NCBI GenBank assembly: GCA_009781535.1 | Contig: WQXX01000001.1 | Coordinates: 1-30,450, forward strand | DNA length: 30,450 bases | Direction of reading: 5' to 3' | From: Coriobacteriia bacterium | GTDB taxonomy: Bacteria; Actinomycetota; Coriobacteriia; Coriobacteriales; UBA8131 | Shown: positions 1 through 7,207 of the stretch, piece by piece | How the letters are laid out: every line of letters begins with the position of its first letter | Position numbering within the stretch: the stretch's first letter is position 1 | The notes under the pieces: model-generated | What the model was told of the DNA's origin: nothing | Databases searched by the model: none | The model's input: only the letters and a program-made list of their open reading frames with translations | Made by a program: the position numbers and the translations under genes

Positions 1-587
1 CCTTTCCTGAAAATGAAGTTCTTGCGGATGTTTGCATACAAGGATGAACGATCCGGCTGCGTTAGAAAGCCGCAAGCAGGCGCGCCTTTTTCTTTGACAA
101 CCCACGTGCCCTCTCTTTTAAAACAGACGCCGTCTTGTTCGGCAAGAATGTCAGGGGCAAACCGGCTTTCGAAAGCGTTCTTAAGCGAAGTAAGACCATT
201 GTCGTGATACACGAAATCTATGCTGTCGGTAAAGAAGTCGCGATAGTTGAGCTCTGCCTCGGGGCCTCCGACCATGATGTACAGATCAGGGAACCGCTGC
301 TTCAAGTGAGCCGACGTTTGTATGATGTAGTCGGTGGTATTGGCGTTTGCGTTAAACCCGACGCAATCAAAACCGCCGCGTTTGATTTTGCGGGCAAGCC
401 TGGGAAACCTGAACTGCCTTGGATGTTGGAACTCATCAAAGATCTCGTTTTTAAAACCGACGTCGTTAAGAAGACTGCTGATGTATTCAAGCCCCAAAGG
501 CTCGAGATTTGCGACGATGGATGAGAACTTCGGGCGTACAAGCAGGACCTTTAGAGCACCTTCTGCAGCTTGAACACATTCCTTCAC
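1..587 (-). CDS. Cobalamin (B12)-binding-domain radical SAM protein, N-terminal part only (3' end beyond window start)
   Basis: Manual translation of the minus strand from GTG 587 (GAGGTG SD upstream) is open to the window edge, about 195 codons: MKECVQAAEGALKVLLVRPKFSSIVANLEPLGLEYISSLLNDVGFKNEIFDEF...FDCVGF...LKQRFPDLYIMVGGPEAELN...IDFVYHDNG. KVLLVRP, EPLGLEY, D.VGF and I.VGGP are typical of the B12-binding domain of class B radical SAM enzymes. The CxxxCxxC motif lies outside the window. Confidence 0.8.
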   Translation of the reverse strand, partial: MKECVQAAEGALKVLLVRPKFSSIVANLEPLGLEYISSLLNDVGFKNEIFDEFQHPRQFRFPRLARKIKRGGFDCVGFNANANTTDYIIQTSAHLKQRFPDLYIMVGGPEAELNYRDFFTDSIDFVYHDNGLTSLKNAFESRFAPDILAEQDGVCFKREGTWVVKEKGAPACGFLTQPDRSSLYANIRKNFIFRK

Positions 588-776
588 AAGCACACCTCAC
601 ATGATATTCAGCAACCGTCAATACGAACCACATTATTTGTTGTATCCCATTCTAACAAGACGAAGGGCCGATGAGCTCTTGGTACAACAGCTTGCATGAT
701 AAGAAGAGGCAAGCAGTATGCTTTGAGAGGTTTTTTAATCGTAAACAAACGGTGCAGAACCGTTGCTACAGGTACG

Positions 777-806
777 TTGACCGTCTTCGTATTATTGAAG
801 TAAAAT
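777..806 (+). promoter_or_regulatory. Candidate sigma-70/SigA promoter of clpC
   Basis: TTGACC (777-782), 18-nt spacer, TAAAAT (801-806); GAGGT SD before ATG 844. Confidence 0.45.
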
Positions 807-843
807 TTGTCCTTTATAACCATATAACAATCGAGGTAGAACA

Positions 844-3426
844 ATGTCATTTGAGAGGTTCACCGACAAAGCACGTAGCGTCCTTGCCTTTGCGCAGGAG
901 GAAGCGCGTGCGCTCAAACAGACCAATGTGGGCACCGAGCATCTGCTTTTAGGTCTGTTACGCGAGCGTGATGGTTTGGCAGCACAAGCCCTGAAAAATC
1001 TTGACATCACCTACGATAACGTGCTTGCCCAGATAAAGGGACTCATTGAGGGCTTACCGGAAGCGCCGACGGGGCACTTAAGCTTTACGCCTCGCGTTAA
1101 ACGCGTTTTAGAGCTCGCTTTGCGTGAGACCATGCAGCTCGGTCAAAACTATATCTCGACTGAACATCTGCTGCTTGGCATCGTACGCGAAGGCAACGGC
1201 GTTGCCATCCAGGCGCTCTCGCAGATGGGCATCGACGGGCAGGCGGTACGGGCAGCGGTCATCGATTTGCTCCACAAGTCCTCGACCTATGCAGGCGGGC
1301 CCGAGTTCATGGAAGACGACGCACACAGCCGCGAGGGCGAAGGAATTCTGAAGGAATTCGCCACAAACCTCACCAAACTTGCCGAGGAGGGCAAGCTTGA
1401 CCCGGTGGTTGGCCGCGAGATCGAACTTGAGCGGGTCATGCAGATATTGTGCCGCCGTGCCAAGAACAACCCCTTACTTCTCGGAGACCCCGGTGTTGGC
1501 AAGACAGCTATCGCCGAAGGGCTTGCGCAACTCATCGCCTCTGAGCAGGTGCCTGACATATTGCGTAACAAGAAGATCGTCACCCTTGACGTGCCTGCAC
1601 TTGTCGCCGGCTCGAAGTACCGGGGCGAGTTCGAGGAGCGCCTCAAGATGGTCATTAAAAGTGTTAAAGACGATGGCAATATTATCCTGTTCATCGACGA
1701 GATGCATACGCTCATCGGCGCCGGCTCGGCTGAAGGCTCCATCGACGCCGCCGCCATCCTAAAACCGCCGCTCTCGCGCGGTGAGATACAGGTCATCGCA
1801 GCCACCACGCTCGATGAGTACCGCAAGCGTGTCGAGAAGGATACCGCGCTCGAGCGGCGCTTCCAACCGCTGACCATCAACGAACCCTCAGGAGAGCAGA
1901 CGGTCAAGATCCTCGAAGGCTTACGCGATCGCTACGAGGCGCATCATCGCGTGCACTTTACCGACGAAGCGTTTAAGGCTGCCGTCACCTTGTCAGAGCG
2001 TTACGTCCAGGATCGCTTCCTGCCCGACAAAGCCATCGACGTCATAGACGAAGCGGGCGCACGTATGCGTATCCGCAACATGACCATCCCTACCGATGTG
2101 CATGCCATGGACGAGAAGATACGCAAGCTGCGCGCAGAAAAGGACGAAGCCGTCAACATGCAGGACTTCGAGAAGGCCGCCAAGCTGCGCGACGATGAGA
2201 GGTTGCTGCTTGCTGAGCGCGCTGAGCTTGAGAAGAAATGGCTCGAAAGCGCAACGAGCGAGGTCGCGTATGTAACGGAAAAAGAGATCGCGGACATCGT
2301 CTCGATGTCAACTGGCGTTCCGGTTGCTAACCTCACCGAGGCTGAGACCGAAAAGCTTTTGCGTATGGAAGACGTGCTCCACGAGCGTATCGTCGGTCAG
2401 GACGAAGCTGTCACGGCAGTATCCAAAGCTATCCGTCGTTCGCGCGCAGGCTTGAAAGACCCCAAGCGTCCAGCGGGTTCGTTCATCTTCCTTGGGCCTT
2501 CCGGCGTGGGCAAGACCGAGCTCTCAAAAGCCCTGGCAGAGTTCCTTTTCTCGACTGAGGATGCGCTTATCTCGTTTGACATGAGCGAGTATATGGAAAA
2601 ACACACGGTATCACGTCTCGTAGGATCGCCTCCCGGTTACGTGGGTTATGACGAGGGCGGCCAGCTCACGAAGGCAGTCCGCCAGCGGCCTTACTCGGTC
2701 ATCCTGTTCGATGAGATAGAAAAAGCACACCCCGATGTCTTCAATATCCTGTTACAGATACTTGAGGAAGGCCGCTTAACCGACGGTCAGGGCCGCAAGG
2801 TCGATTTCCGCAATGCTATCGTCATTATGACGAGCAACGTAGGCGCCCGCGAGATTGCGCAGGGTACACAAATCGGTTTCTCGGGAGCAGATTCCAAGAA
2901 AGGGCTATCTGACAAGGAGATCAACAGCCGCGTCATGACTGAGATGAAAAAGCTCTTCCGCCCCGAGTTCCTCAACCGTATCGATGAGATTATCGTCTTC
3001 AAGTCGCTTACCAAAGAGCAGATTGCATCGATTGTCGAGCTCATGGTATCTGATCTGCGCGACCGTCTCATCGCACAGGGCATGAGCCTTGAGCTGACGG
3101 AGAAAGTGCGTGCCTACATTGCTGAAGAGGGCACCGACATGACCTTTGGCGCCCGTCCGTTGCGCCGCGCCATCCAGCGTCTGCTCGAAGATCCTATCAG
3201 CGAAGGAGTGCTTGAAGGGCGTTGGCAGGCAGGCACCATCATCACAGCAGATTATGATGGCAATGATGTGGTGTTCTCAAGCGCTCTAGGTGAGATACCT
3301 GAGCCGCGCAAGCGCCAGAGCCTGGCGCGTGAGGCTGAGCTTATCACACCGATATTCGCACATGCTCCCGGTTATACTACGGGAGGCTCGGGCAACGGTG
3401 GTGCAACGCCCGATTCCAACGACTGA
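844..3426 (+). CDS. clpC: ATP-dependent Clp protease ATP-binding subunit ClpC
   Basis: 860 aa; MSFERFT start and Clp-N repeats (GTEHLLLGL, STEHLLLGI); Walker A GDPGVGKT and GPSGVGKT; Walker B ILFIDE and ILFDEIEK; UVR-like middle domain; IGF ClpP-binding loop. Confidence 0.97.
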   Translation: MSFERFTDKARSVLAFAQEEARALKQTNVGTEHLLLGLLRERDGLAAQALKNLDITYDNVLAQIKGLIEGLPEAPTGHLSFTPRVKRVLELALRETMQLGQNYISTEHLLLGIVREGNGVAIQALSQMGIDGQAVRAAVIDLLHKSSTYAGGPEFMEDDAHSREGEGILKEFATNLTKLAEEGKLDPVVGREIELERVMQILCRRAKNNPLLLGDPGVGKTAIAEGLAQLIASEQVPDILRNKKIVTLDVPALVAGSKYRGEFEERLKMVIKSVKDDGNIILFIDEMHTLIGAGSAEGSIDAAAILKPPLSRGEIQVIAATTLDEYRKRVEKDTALERRFQPLTINEPSGEQTVKILEGLRDRYEAHHRVHFTDEAFKAAVTLSERYVQDRFLPDKAIDVIDEAGARMRIRNMTIPTDVHAMDEKIRKLRAEKDEAVNMQDFEKAAKLRDDERLLLAERAELEKKWLESATSEVAYVTEKEIADIVSMSTGVPVANLTEAETEKLLRMEDVLHERIVGQDEAVTAVSKAIRRSRAGLKDPKRPAGSFIFLGPSGVGKTELSKALAEFLFSTEDALISFDMSEYMEKHTVSRLVGSPPGYVGYDEGGQLTKAVRQRPYSVILFDEIEKAHPDVFNILLQILEEGRLTDGQGRKVDFRNAIVIMTSNVGAREIAQGTQIGFSGADSKKGLSDKEINSRVMTEMKKLFRPEFLNRIDEIIVFKSLTKEQIASIVELMVSDLRDRLIAQGMSLELTEKVRAYIAEEGTDMTFGARPLRRAIQRLLEDPISEGVLEGRWQAGTIITADYDGNDVVFSSALGEIPEPRKRQSLAREAELITPIFAHAPGYTTGGSGNGGATPDSND

Positions 3427-3504
3427 AACCGGAAGAGACGCACCTGATACCGACGCTTGATAACTGGAACCGGCACGCCTGATTCCGACGACTGAAACGG
3501 AACC
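3406..3504 (+). repeat. Three imperfect copies of the last 7 codons of clpC including the stop, period 34-35 nt
   Basis: acgcccgattccaacgactga (3406-3426), gcacctgataccgacgcttga (3440-3460), acgcctgattccgacgactga (3475-3495). Confidence 0.7.
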
Positions 3505-3556
3505 AGTAGACCTGAGTAAGGCATATGATTTGTAAGCTACGATTGAACGGAGCCAC

Positions 3557-4630
3557 ATGGACAGAATACGCTCAATCCTCCCTGAACGTGCGGAGAACAT
3601 CTTTGATCCTCTGGTAGAGATGGTTGCCTCTGGTATGCCCTTGCGCGAGGCTATTGACATGATCATCAGCTCCCAGAACGGCGCGCTGATCTGCATCGGC
3701 GACGTTGAAACCATACTCAGTCTCGGTGACGGTGGTTTCATGATTGACCTCCCGTTCACACCGCAACGCCTCTCTGAGCTCTCAAAGATGGATGGGGCAA
3801 TCGTTCTCACCGGAGATCTCTCAAGAATCGTCTGCGCGAATTTCCACCTCAATCCAGATCCGGGCATTTTTACGTTTGAGACTGGCATGCGTCATCGTTC
3901 AGCAGCGCGCACAAGCGCCCAGACTGAAGCGACGGTCATTGCCATCTCCAAACGACGGGTGCAGACCACTTTGTACCGAAAAGGGGAGGGCTTGACGCTT
4001 GACTCCGACCAGATGTTACTCTCAAAGGGCAACCAGGGTCTGCTTGCGCTTCAAAACCTGCGTAACACGCAGGAGCGCGCTTCGATGCGTTTGAGCTTTT
4101 TGGAGATAGACGATATCGTAACGGTCGCTGATGTTGCAGGCGTGCTTCAGCGGTACTGCATGCTCTTGAGCACGGCGGTGCAGACGGAGCGCTATATCAA
4201 CTTCCTTGGCAGTAACAGCGGGCTTTTACGCAGCCAGCTTCACGAGCTTGCTGATGGTGTAGTCGATGCCTTCATCCTCGTCATCAGGGACTATGCAGTC
4301 TATAGCAATGCAGAGAATGCCAATGCCGTTGCCTGCTCCTTGCTCGAATGCCCAGCACAGGCCCTCAACACTCAAAAGGTGATGAATCTGCTCGGCTACA
4401 CGCGTAGCTTTATTGAGGAAGCCCATATCTCGCCGCGTGGTTTCAGGGCGTTTTCGCGTATATCTATGCTTGACGAAGCTGCCGTTGCCAAGATCATCGA
4501 AGAATATGGTTCTTTAAGCGCTATTGTCCATGACATCCGCGGCGACTCATACGACCGTCTCGAAAGTCTTGGTGTAAAGAATATGCGTGGAATCGCGAAA
4601 AGCTTCATGCAGCTGCGTTCAACCTTGTAG
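3557..4630 (+). CDS. disA: DisA-type diadenylate cyclase (DNA integrity scanning protein)
   Basis: 357 aa; DAC motifs SKMDGAIVL (DGA) and ETGMRHR (RHR); DGGF..D..F.PQRL.EL segment; linker and HhH-like C-terminus of DisA length. Confidence 0.92.
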   Translation: MDRIRSILPERAENIFDPLVEMVASGMPLREAIDMIISSQNGALICIGDVETILSLGDGGFMIDLPFTPQRLSELSKMDGAIVLTGDLSRIVCANFHLNPDPGIFTFETGMRHRSAARTSAQTEATVIAISKRRVQTTLYRKGEGLTLDSDQMLLSKGNQGLLALQNLRNTQERASMRLSFLEIDDIVTVADVAGVLQRYCMLLSTAVQTERYINFLGSNSGLLRSQLHELADGVVDAFILVIRDYAVYSNAENANAVACSLLECPAQALNTQKVMNLLGYTRSFIEEAHISPRGFRAFSRISMLDEAAVAKIIEEYGSLSAIVHDIRGDSYDRLESLGVKNMRGIAKSFMQLRSTL

Positions 4631-4651
4631 ACAACAAAAAGTTGTGTGAGG

Positions 4652-4688
4652 GGGGGGTCTTGCAGGGTTGTACCCTGCAAGACCCCCC
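4652..4688 (+). terminator. Perfect 17-bp GC-rich hairpin downstream of disA (probable terminator, no U-tract)
   Basis: ggggggtcttgcagggt (4652-4668), loop tgt, accctgcaagacccccc (4672-4688). Confidence 0.65.
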
Positions 4689-4777
4689 ACTTGTATGCTC
4701 AGGCACCCAGTTTACCCGACTTGCCGCATTTGGAACTCAAATTATTCTGCTTTCCGCCGCATTTTGCCCCTCATCGC

Positions 4778-4806
4778 TAGCCAAGAACGCTCATGTGTGG
4801 TATAAA
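4778..4806 (+). promoter_or_regulatory. Candidate promoter of the rimP-nusA-infB operon
   Basis: TAGCCA (4778-4783), 17-nt spacer ending TGTGG (extended -10), TATAAA (4801-4806). Confidence 0.55.
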
Positions 4807-4815
4807 TACTTATTC

Positions 4816-4920
4816 GCTCTCGCAAGGAGGGGGCGCGTTGCATCATGGTGCAACGCCAGAATCTTTCTTTCAAGAAAGTGGGCACTTGTCCCGCTTTCTT
4901 TTGTTAGGTGTAGCGAGAGC
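4816..4920 (+). ncRNA. Structured 5' leader of rimP operon (three helices, terminator-like hairpin)
   Basis: P1 gctctcgc 4816-4823 / gcgagagc 4913-4920; P2 gcgttgca 4835-4842 / tgcaacgc 4849-4856; P3 aagaaagtggg 4872-4882 / cccgctttctt 4890-4900 followed by ttgtt. Confidence 0.6.
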
Positions 4921-4936
4921 TACTTGTTAGGAGATC

Positions 4937-5497
4937 TTGGTGAGTATACGTGTGGAACAGATGATGATCGACTCACTTGAGCCAGTGGCAATTGAGCATG
5001 GCTTTGAGCTTGTCGACGTCGAATTGGCGGGGGCGTCACGCGCTCCTGTGCTTCGGGTGTTCCTCGATAAGGCAAGCGGTTTGACCTTAGATGATATCGC
5101 AGCGGCAAACAGCTGGGTTAGTAACGTCGTTGACACGGTCGACCCATTCAGGGGGTCGTATGTGCTCGAGGTCTCTTCACCTGGCATTGACCGCCCCTTG
5201 CGTACGCTTGAGCATTTCGCACGTTTTGTTGGAGAGACTGCCCATATTGTCGTAAGACCAAACGAAGGCAAGAACAGCCGCCTCAAGTGGACCGGCGTAT
5301 TGGCTGGTGTTGCAGATGACGCCGTGCTTCTTACGGTGGACGGCAAGACCCATCGTCTACAAATCACCGATATCAAGAAAGCGCATGTAAAAGGAACGGT
5401 TGATTTCAGCAGGTGCATCAGCAGCCTGCCTGCTGAGAGCGCTGATGAACAACCCGGCGAAGACGCCGAAGAACTGCCCGAAGACCCACAGGAATGA
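4937..5497 (+). CDS. rimP: Ribosome maturation factor RimP
   Basis: GTG start after AGGAG; LRVFLDK..G.TLDD, YVLEVSSPGIDRPL motif; first gene of the nusA-infB operon; acidic C-terminal tail. Confidence 0.95.
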   Translation: MVSIRVEQMMIDSLEPVAIEHGFELVDVELAGASRAPVLRVFLDKASGLTLDDIAAANSWVSNVVDTVDPFRGSYVLEVSSPGIDRPLRTLEHFARFVGETAHIVVRPNEGKNSRLKWTGVLAGVADDAVLLTVDGKTHRLQITDIKKAHVKGTVDFSRCISSLPAESADEQPGEDAEELPEDPQE

Positions 5498-5509
5498 AAG
5501 GAACCAGCG

Positions 5510-6835
5510 ATGTCGTCTGAGTTGATGGCAGCCCTTGAGGCATTGGCAATAGAGAAGAATATTGACGAGTTATACCTTTTAGAGCGTCTTGAACAGTCGC
5601 TAGCAAAGAGCTATCAGAGCATTCTTAACCTTGATTGGGACGCCCGCGTAACCATCAATCGTGAGAACGGTTCGATATACGTCTACGAGATCGTCCCAGT
5701 GGGTGAGCCGGATGAGGAAACCGGCGAATACACCGAGTTCGAGGAGCGCGATGTTACGCCCCGGGAAGTCAGCCGAATCGCCGCCCAGAACGCAAAAGGC
5801 GTCATCATGCAGATCGTGCGCGACGCAGCGCGTCAGGCGATATTTACCGAGTTCGCCGACCGCAAGGGTGAGCTTGTCAATGGTACGGTGCTGCAAAGCA
5901 CGCCGGACTTCACCATCATCAAGATCCGCGACGGGGTCGAAGCCGAGCTTCCGCATTTCGACAGGAAACGCCACATCGGAGAGCTCAACGAGAAACCGGA
6001 AAACGAGCACTACCGTCACAACCAGCGTCTCAAGTCGCTCATCATAGATGTGCGCGACCCCAATCTGGTCGAGACGAACACCCGTGGCGAGAACACCCGC
6101 CCCGCTATCGTCGTCAGTCGAACGCACCCCGACCTCATCCGTCGTCTCTTTGAGATCGAAGTCCCTGAGATTTACGACGGTGTTGTAGAGATAAAGTCCA
6201 TCGCACGTGAGGCAGGCGCACGTTCCAAGATCGCCGTGTCCTCCCGCGAAGCGAACCTCGACCCGGTTGGCGCCTGTGTAGGGCCCAAAGGCTCGCGCGT
6301 GCGTATGGTCGTCGAGGAGTTGCGCAATGAACGCGTCGACGTCATCATGTGGGACGCCAACCCAGCCGTGCTGGTCGCCAACGCGCTCTCGCCAGCCCGT
6401 GTGAACAAGGTCCTTATCAACGAGGACACGCATTATGCGACGGTCATCGTGCCTGATGACCAGCTGTCACTTGCCATCGGTAAGGAAGGGCAGAACGCTC
6501 GTCTCGCAGCGCGTCTGACCGGCTGGCATATAGACATCAAGAGCTCCAGTCTTATGGGCGACATGCCAAACCTTGCCGCCACATTGCTTGACGATGATGA
6601 GCAGGATGGCGAAGCAGAAGGCGGACGTTGCGAGTATGTGTCGCCAACTGGCGTACGCTGCCGTAACCATGCCCGCTTGGACTCGCGCTTCTGTGGCGTC
6701 CATGAGCATATACTGCTCTCCGCCGAAGATGAGAGCCTGATTGATACGGATGAAAGCCTGATTGATACGGACGACGCAGGCTTCATCGACGGAAACAATG
6801 AGAATCTGATTGATGACGATGAGGGGCTTATCTAA
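5510..6835 (+). CDS. nusA: Transcription termination/antitermination factor NusA with C-terminal Cys/His module and acidic repeats
   Basis: IAAQNAK, S1 domain, KH domains ([49 protein letters not shown]). Confidence 0.97.
   Translation: MSSELMAALEALAIEKNIDELYLLERLEQSLAKSYQSILNLDWDARVTINRENGSIYVYEIVPVGEPDEETGEYTEFEERDVTPREVSRIAAQNAKGVIMQIVRDAARQAIFTEFADRKGELVNGTVLQSTPDFTIIKIRDGVEAELPHFDRKRHIGELNEKPENEHYRHNQRLKSLIIDVRDPNLVETNTRGENTRPAIVVSRTHPDLIRRLFEIEVPEIYDGVVEIKSIAREAGARSKIAVSSREANLDPVGACVGPKGSRVRMVVEELRNERVDVIMWDANPAVLVANALSPARVNKVLINEDTHYATVIVPDDQLSLAIGKEGQNARLAARLTGWHIDIKSSSLMGDMPNLAATLLDDDEQDGEAEGGRCEYVSPTGVRCRNHARLDSRFCGVHEHILLSAEDESLIDTDESLIDTDDAGFIDGNNENLIDDDEGLI
6728..6832 (+). repeat. 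21-nt (7-aa, DESLIDT) tandem repeat plus degenerate copies in the nusA 3' end
   Basis: gatgagagcctgattgatacg / gatgaaagcctgattgatacg (6728-6769), then degenerate [21 protein letters not shown]. Confidence 0.85.
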
Positions 6836-6838
6836 ACG

Positions 6839-7207
6839 ATGCCAGCACCGCGAAAACAACCAATGCGGACCTGCGTAGCCTGTAAGACAGGTGCGGATAA
6901 ACGCGCGCTCGTCCGCTTTGTCCGCGTCGCATCCTCCTTGCCCGCAGACATAAACAGCAACGATGCAGCGCTAAACCCTATGGCAGATTTGAGCAGCGTT
7001 CGTCTCGATCGGTCAGGGCGTATGGCTGGACGTGGTGCGTATCTATGCACCCAAAAAGGATGTTTTGAGAAAGCTCGGAAGAGCAAAGCGCTTGAGCGCG
7101 CTCTGCGCTGTCCGATTCCGCCTGCCGATTATGATCGGCTTGCCTTAGAGTTTTTGAACCTGTGTGCCACGGAGCATGACAGCGTAGGGACGGTGATACA
7201 TGGCTAG
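6839..7207 (+). CDS. ylxR: YlxR / DUF448 RNA-binding protein (RnpM family)
   Basis: PMRTCVAC, K..LVRFVR, D.SG..AGRGAYLC...C, L.RAL; canonical position between nusA and infB. Confidence 0.9.
   Translation: MPAPRKQPMRTCVACKTGADKRALVRFVRVASSLPADINSNDAALNPMADLSSVRLDRSGRMAGRGAYLCTQKGCFEKARKSKALERALRCPIPPADYDRLALEFLNLCATEHDSVGTVIHG

Noticed and set aside
135-573. Plus-strand ORFs 135-524 and 334-573 and minus ORF 302-541
   Set aside because: Shadows of the real minus-strand B12 radical SAM gene (frame from 587); no recognisable motifs.
588-843. Cobalamin riboswitch, or CtsR/HrcA/HspR operator, in the rSAM/clpC divergent region
   Set aside because: No B12-box or GGGAA/GCCACTG elements and no CtsR, CIRCE or HAIR consensus seen; only a weak aacggt-N5-accgtt palindrome (748-764), too short to call.
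5600-6433. 277-aa antisense ORF over nusA
   Set aside because: Typical antisense shadow of a GC-rich gene with biased codon usage; no SD or domain motifs.
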